Assembly: GCA_948852945.1 (NCBI GenBank)
Contig: CAQPBJ010000008.1
Location: forward strand, 7,470 to 71,469
Direction: 5' to 3'
Length of the DNA: 64,000 bases
From: an uncultured Clostridia bacterium
GTDB taxonomy: Bacteria; Bacillota; Clostridia; TANB77; CAG-508
This document shows, piece by piece, positions 1 to 8,986 of the stretch (positions within the stretch are counted from its first letter, which is position 1; each line of letters opens with the position of its first letter). Position numbers and translations under genes: made by a program. The notes beneath the pieces were generated by a model, which saw nothing but the letters and a program-made list of their open reading frames with translations, was not told the DNA's origin and did no database searches.

Positions 1-277
1 AAATTACTATACCAATAACAAAAACCATAAAAACTTTTAAATATTCCATTCTATTTTGAAAAAAATAATTTTTAACAAACTGTTTCATTTGCAACTCCTT
101 TTTCACACTCTATTCTATAAAAAAGAAATTATGCAAATCATTTTAATATTTATAAATCCCATATTTCTACCTATATTTCGGCTTTATATCTAGTTTTTTA
201 TGTAAAATCGTGTTATACTTTCAATGTATTTGATTTTATCAATACAACTAAATATCTTTATTAAGGAGGTTAGCTCA

Positions 278-712
278 ATGTTAAGCAAAGAAGACAAGCA
301 AAAAATCCGGGGCTTACAGTCTTACCATTGCTCCATCAAAGAAGTAAAAGGCAGGCCTGTAACAGATGACGGAAAGACCTTTATAATCCCAAGCTATCCC
401 GAGCTTTTGACCAAGGCCATAGCCGACATCAAGGAACTGGGCTTCACAAACGTCACCCGCACATCTCCAAACAAAGCCAACTGCATCGTACGTGTATTTT
501 CTACCAAGCATCACAAGTACGATAGCGAACTCACCTACAACCTCTTCGGAACAATTTTTTACACGAAAAGCAATTGTACGTGGAAAGCTGAGTTTGGATA
601 CAACACCGTAGACATCACCTACGAGCGTTTCAAGTCCAGCAGATGGCTTTGTCAGGACGAGCAGGTCATCTTCACTCACGACTTTGCAGACTTCTACCTG
701 AATATTGGCTAA
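278..712 (+). CDS. hypothetical protein (144 aa) in a visibly GC-richer single-gene island
   Basis: ORF track 224..712. The ATG at 278 is preceded by AAGGAGG at 263-269. A GC-rich hairpin terminator follows. No family recognised. Confidence 0.6.
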   Translation: MLSKEDKQKIRGLQSYHCSIKEVKGRPVTDDGKTFIIPSYPELLTKAIADIKELGFTNVTRTSPNKANCIVRVFSTKHHKYDSELTYNLFGTIFYTKSNCTWKAEFGYNTVDITYERFKSSRWLCQDEQVIFTHDFADFYLNIG

Positions 713-715
713 TTA

Positions 716-765
716 CAGAGCAGCGACCAGGGATTTCCCAGGCCGCTGCTCTGTCTTTATCTTTA
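716..765 (+). terminator. Rho-independent terminator
   Basis: Stem cagagcagcg (716-725) pairs with cgctgctctg (744-753), followed by a T-rich tract. Confidence 0.7.
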
Positions 766-857
766 TTATATTAATCTTTTAAAATTTATTTTATTAAAAT
801 TATTGACAATAATCCAAATTTTGTGTTAATATAATTCATGTCAGTAATATCTGATAT

Positions 858-940
858 GCGGATGTGGCGGAACTGGCAGACGCGCTAGACTTAGGATCTA
901 GTGGGAGACCGTGGGGGTTCAAGTCCTCTCATCCGCACCA
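858..940 (+). tRNA. tRNA-Leu (anticodon TAG), long variable arm, encoded CCA
   Basis: Acceptor gcggatg pairs with catccgc. The anticodon stem ctaga/tctag carries loop cttagga. T-loop is ttcaagt and the 3' end is acca. Confidence 0.85.
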
Positions 941-942
941 AA

Positions 943-977
943 AAACGATGAATTTTAACCCAATTCATCGTTTTTTA
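943..977 (+). terminator. Rho-independent terminator after tRNA-Leu
   Basis: aacgatgaatt (944-954) pairs with aattcatcgtt (962-972), followed by a T-run. Confidence 0.7.
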
Positions 978-1049
978 CTTTATAGATATTTATAAAAATT
1001 TATGTTAGAATAATTTTCAATTAAATTTTAAATAAAGGATTTTTTAACT

Positions 1050-1700
1050 ATGCAAATAAATAATAAATTACAAAAATATATTGAAAAAAACATATTTCCA
1101 GAATATTCTAAAAATGAGCCTGCACATAACATTGATCATATAAAATACGTTATCAATAGAAGTTTTAAATTTGCCGATACTGTACCAAACATAAATTATT
1201 CTATGGTATATACTATTGCTGCTTATCATGACATTGGACATCATATAGATTCTAAAAGACATGAAATTATCTCAGGAGAAATAATGTCAAAAGATGAAAA
1301 TTTAAAAAAATTCTTTTCAGAAGAAGAATTAAAAATTATTAAAGAAGCTATTGAAGACCATAGAGCATCTTCTGACCATGAACCTAGGAGTATTTATGGC
1401 AAAATAGTTTCAACTGCTGATAGAAATAATACAGTAGAAGCTTGCTTAAAAAGAAGTTATACTTATGGTAAAAAACTTGAACCTAATCTTACTGATGATG
1501 AACTATTTGAAAGAGCATATAAAGCTCTTAATATGAAATTTGGAGAAAATGGATATGCTAAATTTTTCTTTAAAGATGAAGAATATGAAAATTTTCTAAA
1601 AGAAATTAGAACATTATTAGCAGATAAAAAGAAATTTATAGATACTCAAAAAACTTATATCAATAAACTAAAAAATAGTTCAAACAATATTATTAAATAA
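1050..1700 (+). CDS. HD domain-containing phosphohydrolase
   Basis: Motifs AAYHDIGHHID and EDHRAS are typical of the HD superfamily. AT-rich like the host genome. Confidence 0.75.
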   Translation: MQINNKLQKYIEKNIFPEYSKNEPAHNIDHIKYVINRSFKFADTVPNINYSMVYTIAAYHDIGHHIDSKRHEIISGEIMSKDENLKKFFSEEELKIIKEAIEDHRASSDHEPRSIYGKIVSTADRNNTVEACLKRSYTYGKKLEPNLTDDELFERAYKALNMKFGENGYAKFFFKDEEYENFLKEIRTLLADKKKFIDTQKTYINKLKNSSNNIIK

Positions 1701-1706
1701 AAAACC

Positions 1707-1746
1707 AAGAGCTGTTCTATCTTTAATAAACAATAGAACAGCTCTT
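1707..1746. terminator. hairpin between convergent genes, T-run on the minus-strand side
   Basis: aagagctgttctat (1707-1720) pairs with atagaacagctctt (1733-1746). Confidence 0.6.
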
Positions 1747-1777
1747 AGCTTCAAATCAATTCGTTTTTTCTGGAGTA

Positions 1778-2452
1778 CTATTCAGTGCAAAAAATCGTCT
1801 CCCAGGTGTTACCTCCGTCCACGCTGACCTTCACCTCATTGGAATAAATCGCCATCGCTGCATCAGGATATCCAAAATACGGATTTACCCCTAACTTACT
1901 GCCTGCTCTCTCCAAAATTTCGTCTGCGACCCACTTCGAAGATAAATGCGCCCCCTCTTCCTCTATAGCAAAGTTTTTCGCAATCTCCCTCGCTAAAGTA
2001 GACTTAAAGAGCTCATCTTCTTTTTCGGAATACCGCCTCCTAAAAAATTTCTGGAAATCGACAGGCATACTGGCAATGTCCGTGCGGAAAAGTACTTTCT
2101 GCGCCCACCACTCAACAGCAACTTTGATGTTCTCAGGATATTCTTCTGTCTCAACGATGAATGGTGGATTAATGCCCACCACTACCTGACATATCTTCCT
2201 AAAAACAGTCGCATAGTCGTCGCCATCTGCATATTCCTGCACCATCTTGTCTATCAGCTGCGGAAAAAGTTCGAAATTAGGAAGTACTTTTTCCTCCAAG
2301 ACAGCTGTAAACACCAGTGCAAGCTTCTGTGGCGAAATACAGTATGGCACATCTTTAGTGCGTTCGTAAATACGCTCCGCTATCTTATGGATTTCCTCTG
2401 GAAGGTTGGGACAGATTTCTCTAGTCCGCAAAAATTCTCTGGGTTCTAACAT
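1778..2452 (-). CDS. hypothetical protein (224 aa) in a visibly GC-richer single-gene island
   Basis: Long ORF whose composition clearly differs from its neighbours. No motif recognised. Confidence 0.6.
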   Translation of the reverse strand: MLEPREFLRTREICPNLPEEIHKIAERIYERTKDVPYCISPQKLALVFTAVLEEKVLPNFELFPQLIDKMVQEYADGDDYATVFRKICQVVVGINPPFIVETEEYPENIKVAVEWWAQKVLFRTDIASMPVDFQKFFRRRYSEKEDELFKSTLAREIAKNFAIEEEGAHLSSKWVADEILERAGSKLGVNPYFGYPDAAMAIYSNEVKVSVDGGNTWETIFCTE

Positions 2453-2532
2453 CTAGCGTTCCTCCTTCTATGCAAGTTTGCTTTTTAATTGTATCAAATT
2501 TAATGATATAAGTCAATTTTATGTAAACATAT

Positions 2533-2564
2533 AAAAAAAGAAGCCAATCTCGCTTCTTTTTTTT
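2533..2564. terminator. bidirectional hairpin terminator
   Basis: aaagaagc pairs with gcttcttt, flanked by an A-run and a T-run, just downstream of the deacetylase gene. Confidence 0.6.
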
Positions 2565-2572
2565 ACAATTTA

Positions 2573-3574
2573 TTATTCTGTCATAACATCATAATATGAA
2601 CAAAATTCATATCCCTCATCTTTATATTTTTCTATAAGTTGTGGCAAAAACTCAACTGTTACATTCTTATCGCCAGCATCATGCATCAAAATAACTAAAT
2701 TATCATCACCAGCAGCTGATTCATTCAAAGAAGCCCACATCTGATCTATAGTAGTACTTCCAGCTGAATCTCCTGTTAAACAATTCCAATTTGTATATGT
2801 TACTTGATTATCATTTAATACTTGAATAGCTTGTTGTTTTACATCATTATATTTTCCTCCTGAAGACCCACCTGGAAATCTAAACAAATGAGGATTATAA
2901 TTTTGTACTCCTATAGCATTTCTAATAACATTTAAACTTTGATTATATTCATTTAATACATTTTCTGGACTATAATAAATTTCACTATACACATGAGAGT
3001 ATCCGTGACTTGCAATAAAATGACCTGAATCATATATTCTTTTTGTTGTTTCAGGATTTTTTTCAACATTAGCACCTAAAACAAAAAAAGTTGCTTTAAT
3101 ATCATACTTATCTAATATTTCTAAAATTTCTTGTGTTCTTCCAGAAGGTCCATCATCAAATGTTAAATAAACTTTTTTAGTTTCTTCAAAATACACATCA
3201 ACAACTTTTTTAGCAATTTCATCACTATATTGTGGTAATTGTGACTCCATTGCAGCATTTATATCATGAGCTGGAAATTTATTTTCCACTTTTGGAGCTA
3301 CTGGTTCTTCTGAAGGCTTTGGAGTTTCAGAACTTTTTGGACTTTCTTTTTTTATATTAGGATCTGCTTGTCCATTTATTCCTACAGTTTTTTCACCTTC
3401 CATAGCTAATGCCTCTTTACTATCTGATTTTCCTTTTATCATTTTAAAAGTAATGACACCAGTAAAGACAATAATTCCGATAGTCACTAATGCAATAATA
3501 ACACAGAAAATTATAATTTTATTATTTTTTATATTTACTCTTCCTTCTTCAAAAAATGACGGCTGTTTGTACAT
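2573..3574 (-). CDS. membrane-anchored polysaccharide deacetylase (NodB/CE4 domain)
   Basis: N-terminal TM helix, a Pro/Glu-rich linker, and motifs TFDDGPS and SHGYSH. Confidence 0.8.
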   Translation of the reverse strand: MYKQPSFFEEGRVNIKNNKIIIFCVIIALVTIGIIVFTGVITFKMIKGKSDSKEALAMEGEKTVGINGQADPNIKKESPKSSETPKPSEEPVAPKVENKFPAHDINAAMESQLPQYSDEIAKKVVDVYFEETKKVYLTFDDGPSGRTQEILEILDKYDIKATFFVLGANVEKNPETTKRIYDSGHFIASHGYSHVYSEIYYSPENVLNEYNQSLNVIRNAIGVQNYNPHLFRFPGGSSGGKYNDVKQQAIQVLNDNQVTYTNWNCLTGDSAGSTTIDQMWASLNESAAGDDNLVILMHDAGDKNVTVEFLPQLIEKYKDEGYEFCSYYDVMTE

Positions 3575-3784
3575 CTCTTTCTCCCAAAATTTATCTATAC
3601 ATAAATTATAATATCACATTAAATTTACTTTTACAATTCTAATTTTTTACCATTTTATATTTATTTTTTACCTGTTTTAGAATATAATATTACCATAAAA
3701 ATTATAATTATGATTTTTATTTTAACAAAATTCATTCACTAGAAATTATGAATAATAATTTCAAAAGAAAGGAATGATAATTTC

Positions 3785-4672
3785 ATGAAAAAAATATTAT
3801 TTAAAGGCTGTGGAACAGCTATCGTAACACCATTTGATGAAAATGGTGTAAACTTTAAAGAATTCGAAAAACTAATCGAATTTCAAATTTCAGAAGGAAT
3901 TGATGCTTTAATAGTTTGCGGAACTACTGGTGAAAGTTCTTGTATGACATTAGAAGAAAGAAAACAAACAATAGAATTTGCTGTAAAAATTGCAAACAAA
4001 AGAGTTCCTATAATTGCTGGAACAGGAGCTAATTGTACTAAATCTGCAATAGACTTTACAAAATGGGCAGAATCTGTTGGAGTTGATGGTGCTTTAATAG
4101 TAACTCCATATTACAACAAAACAACTCAAGAAGGCTTAATTGCACATTATACAGCAATTGCCAATTCAACTTCCCTACCTATTATTCTTTATAGCGTACC
4201 TAGTAGAACTGGTGTTAATATTACACCTCAAACTTGTTTAGAACTTTCAAAAATTTCAAACATAGTTGCCATCAAAGAAGCTAGTGGCAACTTATCTCAA
4301 ATTGCTGAAATCAAAGCACTATGCCGTGAAAATTTACACATATATTCTGGAAACGATGATCAAATCGTACCTATTTTATCTTTAGGAGGTCTTGGAGTAA
4401 TCTCTGTATTATCAAATATTGCTCCTAAATTTACTCATGAAATGGTAACAAATTTTTTAAACGGAAAAATAATTGAAAGTACTGATATGCAATTAGATTC
4501 TATTTATTTAACTAAAGCTCTATTTTCAGAAGTAAACCCTATCCCAGTAAAAGCTGCTTTAAATATATTAGGATACAATGTTGGCATTCCTAGATTGCCT
4601 CTTATAGAAATGACAGAAAAAGGTCAAGAAAAATTAAAGCAAGAAATGAAACAATTTGGACTACTAAAATAA
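3785..4672 (+). CDS. dapA: 4-hydroxy-tetrahydrodipicolinate synthase
   Basis: Motifs GTTGES, TPYYNK and AIKEASG. Length 295 aa. Confidence 0.92.
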   Translation: MKKILFKGCGTAIVTPFDENGVNFKEFEKLIEFQISEGIDALIVCGTTGESSCMTLEERKQTIEFAVKIANKRVPIIAGTGANCTKSAIDFTKWAESVGVDGALIVTPYYNKTTQEGLIAHYTAIANSTSLPIILYSVPSRTGVNITPQTCLELSKISNIVAIKEASGNLSQIAEIKALCRENLHIYSGNDDQIVPILSLGGLGVISVLSNIAPKFTHEMVTNFLNGKIIESTDMQLDSIYLTKALFSEVNPIPVKAALNILGYNVGIPRLPLIEMTEKGQEKLKQEMKQFGLLK

Positions 4673-4694
4673 ATAAAAATATTTGGAGGAAAAA

Positions 4695-5447
4695 ATGATA
4701 AAAGTATTAATAAACGGATGCAATGGAAAAATGGGACAAGAAGTTGTAAATGCTGTTTTAAGAAATGACAAATTTGAAACAGTTTGTGGAGTTGACAGAT
4801 TAGATACTGGTGATAATAACTTTCCTGTATATACTGACACTAACCTAATAAAAGAAACTCCTGATGTAATAATTGATTTCTCTATTCCTGTAGCAACATT
4901 TAAAATATTAGATTATGCTATTTCTAAAAAAATTCCAGTGGTAATTGCTACAACTGGTTTTACTGATGAAGAATTAGTAAAAATAAAAGAGTATTCAAAA
5001 CAAATACCTATTTTTAGATCTGCAAATATGTCTTTTGAAATTAGCTTAATGAGTCATATTGTTTCAGAAATTGCTAAATACTTACCTAAATCAGATATTG
5101 AAATTATTGAAACTCATCATAATAGAAAAGTTGATGCTCCTTCTGGAACTGCATTAGTTTTAGCAGATAAAATTAATGAAACTCTTAACAATGAAAAATA
5201 TTATGAATTTAATAGACATGATAAAAGAGAAAAAAGAAATCCTAAAGAAATTGGTATTCATTCAATTCGTGGAGGAAATGTTGTTGGTGAACATACTGTA
5301 AGTTTCTTTACTGAAACAGAATGTTTTCAAGTTACTCATACAGCTCAATCAAGAGGTGTTTTTGCTGATGGAAGTTTAAGAGCTGCTGAATATTTAGTAG
5401 TTCAAGATCCAGGATTTTATAATATGAATAACATCTTTTCTAAATAA
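4695..5447 (+). CDS. dapB: 4-hydroxy-tetrahydrodipicolinate reductase
   Basis: Motifs GCNGKMG and ETHHNRKVDAPSGTA. The ATG at 4695 follows GGAGG at 4685-4689. The track start at 4683 is a TTG lying on the RBS. Confidence 0.9.
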   Translation: MIKVLINGCNGKMGQEVVNAVLRNDKFETVCGVDRLDTGDNNFPVYTDTNLIKETPDVIIDFSIPVATFKILDYAISKKIPVVIATTGFTDEELVKIKEYSKQIPIFRSANMSFEISLMSHIVSEIAKYLPKSDIEIIETHHNRKVDAPSGTALVLADKINETLNNEKYYEFNRHDKREKRNPKEIGIHSIRGGNVVGEHTVSFFTETECFQVTHTAQSRGVFADGSLRAAEYLVVQDPGFYNMNNIFSK

Positions 5448-5452
5448 TATTG

Positions 5453-5709
5453 TTGTCAATGGGAACGTTCTTTTTTGACAATTAAAATAATTATATATAA
5501 ATAAAATAAGATATAGTTTTTAAAATTTTTCTCTTCGCAATCTCCGAATAAAAAACTCCGTTTTTATATTGTAGATTGCTCAAATTCGCACTTCACGAAA
5601 TTTCATTTCGTTTCGTTTAGTCGTTAGCGCAATTTTAAAACACTATATCTTATTTTATTTATCTTTGCTAATGTTTCATAGTTGTCAAAAAGAACGTCCC
5701 CATAGACAA
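5453..5709 (+). repeat. nested-palindrome intergenic element, copy A (conserved core about 5527-5636)
   Basis: Outer arms 5453-5481 / 5682-5709. Middle arms aaataaaataagatatag... / ...ctatatcttattttattt. The core is shared with copies at 35.5 kb and 63.3 kb. Confidence 0.85.
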
Positions 5710-5713
5710 CATT

Positions 5714-7579
5714 TTATCTATCAAACATGTTGTAATAAATAACTTTCCAATATTCTTGAAGCTTATCATAATAAGGTGACTCTGTATCATTTGTACTATA
5801 CAAATTTCCATCTTTATCTTTATAATACGAATTAGTAATAACAGGTATCTCTTCTCTTAATTCTTTAACATATTTAGTATATGAATCAAGAGGCATATTT
5901 GCTGTTTCTAATAACAAACCTTGAAGATAATTAGGACTCACCTCTATTCCACTTTTTTCTTCAATATCATAATTAGCATATATGAAAAATGGAACTGTAT
6001 GAGAAGCCTCTTCATCTTTGTATATATCAGCTTTTTCGTAATTTTTAAGTTGATCAATATTAGGTTGATGATCCCCAAAGAAAAGCATAATAATTTTTTC
6101 TTCATAATTATCTACAAAATCAAGCAATAATCCAAGTGCTTTATCTGAACCATACTCTAATTGCAAATAACTATTAAGTCCAGCATCTGTTTCTGTGAAA
6201 GTAATTCCATCTGGATCAACTCTATAATAAGGCATATGATTTTCCATTGTTACCAAGAAACTAAAATTCTTTTCATTCTGCTCTTTGTTTCTCATTATTT
6301 CATAATATTCTTCATAAAAAGACCAATCTGTAGGATATTCTCTATATCCATAATCTAATTTAGTCATACTATCATAAAATTTAGAATGATCAAATTTTAA
6401 AAATTTATTATATATTTTCTCTCTACTATACCCACTCTTATCCCATGAATGCATTCCATATGTAGTATAGTCTAAATCATTCATATATGAAACAATGCTA
6501 GGTCTAACTTCAGATGTAATATATTGTTGATATGGCATAGAACCTGATGGTAAAAAAGCTGTAACACTTTGAGTTAAAGCTTCCCATTCAATATTTGCTG
6601 TTCCTCCTCCAAATTGTGAAGAATGCATCGTACCGCTAATAACATTTTCTCTATTTAAAATACTATGATATGTTTCTATTGGATCTGTAGATAATTCTAT
6701 TTTAAAAGATTTTTGTAAATCTGAAAAAGACTCATTCATTACTATTAAAACATTAGGCGAATCAGATGACTCATAATTAGTAGTATCATCTGAATACTGT
6801 TCTAAAATATGTATTACAATTTCTTTATCATAATTTTTAGGTTTACTAACTTTAATATCTTTCGCCATTCTTACTATTGTTAGACCCATTCCAGAATTTG
6901 CATAAGCGTTGTTTATATTCCAAAGCTCAACTGTATCTGTAATATAATTTGGTCCAAAGAAAGCTAAAATACCTACTACCCCTAAAACTATACCTACTAT
7001 TTTAGCACGAGTAGTTCTTATTTCTCTCTTCTCTTTTATCTTTATTTTCCACAAAACTAACATTAATAAAACAAACAAAATTGTAGCTACAATAAAGTTT
7101 CCATCTATTGTTGGTTTTATTCCACTTGCTACATTCATCGCTGTTCTAATTGAATAAATATCAGAAATTGTAACAGAAATTCCTCTTGTTTGTGTAACTA
7201 CATAGTTAATAACGCCAAATATAAATGTAAATGCCGTAATAAAGCCTAAAGCAAATTTAGTTCTATTCGTTAGACCATATATTATCCAGTATATGAAAAC
7301 AAATAAAAGATAATTAGCCCACCATTTAGGTAACTTGAAAAAATCGCTCCAAGTATTTTTTAATCCCTCTGCTCTTTCTGACACAGTAGAAGAAAATCCG
7401 AATATCTTTTGAAATACTACATTATTTCCATTTAAAAATTCAGACATAAAATATAGAAATAAGAAAAATAACATAAGAAATATTAATCTTTTCTTATCTA
7501 ATTTTTTCCATATTCTTTTAATTTTCTCTTTTAGATTTCTAAATCTACTATCTTTAGTTTCTACGTCTTTTTCTTCCAT
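5714..7579 (-). CDS. LTA synthase family protein (polytopic N-terminus plus extracellular sulfatase-like domain)
   Basis: Five or more N-terminal TM helices followed by the MNESFSD, GGGTANIEWE and FFGDHQP motif region. Confidence 0.75.
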   Translation of the reverse strand: MEEKDVETKDSRFRNLKEKIKRIWKKLDKKRLIFLMLFFLFLYFMSEFLNGNNVVFQKIFGFSSTVSERAEGLKNTWSDFFKLPKWWANYLLFVFIYWIIYGLTNRTKFALGFITAFTFIFGVINYVVTQTRGISVTISDIYSIRTAMNVASGIKPTIDGNFIVATILFVLLMLVLWKIKIKEKREIRTTRAKIVGIVLGVVGILAFFGPNYITDTVELWNINNAYANSGMGLTIVRMAKDIKVSKPKNYDKEIVIHILEQYSDDTTNYESSDSPNVLIVMNESFSDLQKSFKIELSTDPIETYHSILNRENVISGTMHSSQFGGGTANIEWEALTQSVTAFLPSGSMPYQQYITSEVRPSIVSYMNDLDYTTYGMHSWDKSGYSREKIYNKFLKFDHSKFYDSMTKLDYGYREYPTDWSFYEEYYEIMRNKEQNEKNFSFLVTMENHMPYYRVDPDGITFTETDAGLNSYLQLEYGSDKALGLLLDFVDNYEEKIIMLFFGDHQPNIDQLKNYEKADIYKDEEASHTVPFFIYANYDIEEKSGIEVSPNYLQGLLLETANMPLDSYTKYVKELREEIPVITNSYYKDKDGNLYSTNDTESPYYDKLQEYWKVIYYNMFDR

Positions 7580-7590
7580 TAATATTACCT

Positions 7591-8841
7591 TTATTCTTTA
7601 TTATTTCTCCAATAATTATTATAAAGTTCTTTAGCAGTTTCTGGACTATCTACTCCTTCTTTATTTTTTACAGGAGCAAAATCAATTTCTCTAGTTCCTC
7701 TTAAAATAGCTATATCATCTACATAATTAAAAGAATCAAATATAAATGTTTCGAACTTATAGCTATTTGGTTCTTCTGGAACAACTAATTCTCCATTTTC
7801 ATTTAAATAACTATTCTTTTTATGAGCTTTATGATAAGGAAGTGTAATTTCTGCTAACTTCTTTAAAATATTTATACTAAATAAATTACACATAATATGA
7901 GATTCGCCATATACTAAATCCCCATCTTCATCAACAGCTTCTGCTAATTTCTTAGAAAGCTCTGAATATTCAATAACACCTACTTGACCGTCTTTCTTGC
8001 AAATTACTCCAACTCTCTCATATGGATTATTTTTAAGAATAGATTTAGTAGCAATATCTACTCCTCTTTCTTCAGCCAAACCAATTAACGTAGTATCTAC
8101 CATTTTTAATAGTACATTATCAATACTTCCAATAAATACCCATTTAACTCCACGTTTTTCCATATCAGCTAAACAACCACTAATAGACATTGATTTAAAT
8201 ATACCACCATTGCCATCAGAAGCTTCTTTAATCACTTTATTTTCGCTTATTAATAATTTACCTTGTTCATTAATTAAAGGCATTTGTCCTTGTTTAAAAA
8301 ACATAACATCTTTTTTAGGATAATCAAAGTAATTATGTTCTTCAAAAAATTCTATAATTTCATCATTATTTTCTTCACTCGTCATAATATACCAAGGAAT
8401 AGTAACATCAAATAATTTATTTGCTCTTTTTAATGTATCACAAACAATTTCAAATAAATATTTAGGTTCAGGCTCAACATCAATTTTAAATGTTCCTTTA
8501 GGTTTACTATATCCAAGTCTTGTCCCTTGACCACCAGACATAGTTGCAACAGCGAATTGATTTGATGCAATAATATTTTTACCCAAAGCGTCAATTTCTT
8601 CTAACTGCTCTTCTGTAAGCTTATTTTTCTTTAAAGCTGAAATAGGCTCAATAACCTTTTCACTATTAACTTCTTCTTTAGTAAGTTCATTATATAAATT
8701 TTTTAAATTTTCAAAATCTAATTTTTCAATTTGATTTGCTAATGTTTCTTTTTCTTCTTCTGTTAATTTTTCCATAATCTTAATAATATGAGTTTGATCA
8801 TATTTCTTAAGTTTTTCTATTGTTTCTTCAAAATTTTTCAT
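7591..8841 (-). CDS. UDPGP type 1 family nucleotidyltransferase (UDP-N-acetylhexosamine pyrophosphorylase-like)
   Basis: MSGGQGTRLG...PKG signature. Length 416 aa. Confidence 0.75.
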   Translation of the reverse strand: MKNFEETIEKLKKYDQTHIIKIMEKLTEEEKETLANQIEKLDFENLKNLYNELTKEEVNSEKVIEPISALKKNKLTEEQLEEIDALGKNIIASNQFAVATMSGGQGTRLGYSKPKGTFKIDVEPEPKYLFEIVCDTLKRANKLFDVTIPWYIMTSEENNDEIIEFFEEHNYFDYPKKDVMFFKQGQMPLINEQGKLLISENKVIKEASDGNGGIFKSMSISGCLADMEKRGVKWVFIGSIDNVLLKMVDTTLIGLAEERGVDIATKSILKNNPYERVGVICKKDGQVGVIEYSELSKKLAEAVDEDGDLVYGESHIMCNLFSINILKKLAEITLPYHKAHKKNSYLNENGELVVPEEPNSYKFETFIFDSFNYVDDIAILRGTREIDFAPVKNKEGVDSPETAKELYNNYWRNNKE

Positions 8842-8932
8842 AAATTCACTCCTATTTTTTCGCTTTAACAGCTCAAAACACTTTTCTATTGGTAAAAACC
8901 TAGCTTATTATATAATATTCAAGCCAAAAAGT

Positions 8933-8976
8933 AAATAGCACAAAAAAGCCTGAAAAATCAAGTTTTTGTGCTATTT
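8933..8976 (-). terminator. Rho-independent terminator after the GT14-like gene
   Basis: aaatagcacaaaaa (8933-8946) pairs with tttttgtgctattt (8963-8976). Confidence 0.65.
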
Positions 8977-8986
8977 ATTTTCATCT

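Noticed and set aside
26-88. A 16-codon minus-strand ORF (ATG at 88, preceded by AAGGAG at 95-100), followed by a possible gene start at 28 that runs off the window edge.
   Set aside because: It is too short, and the downstream gene is truncated by the window boundary. A leader-peptide or small-protein role cannot be judged from 88 nt.
314-679. A 121-aa ORF antisense to the 278..712 gene.
   Set aside because: It lies entirely inside the opposite-strand ORF, which has an RBS and a terminator. It is a typical shadow ORF of a GC-richer gene.
3575-3784. A possible lysine (L-box) riboswitch upstream of dapA.
   Set aside because: The leader is almost pure A/T. It has no GC-containing helices and no conserved L-box segments that I can see.
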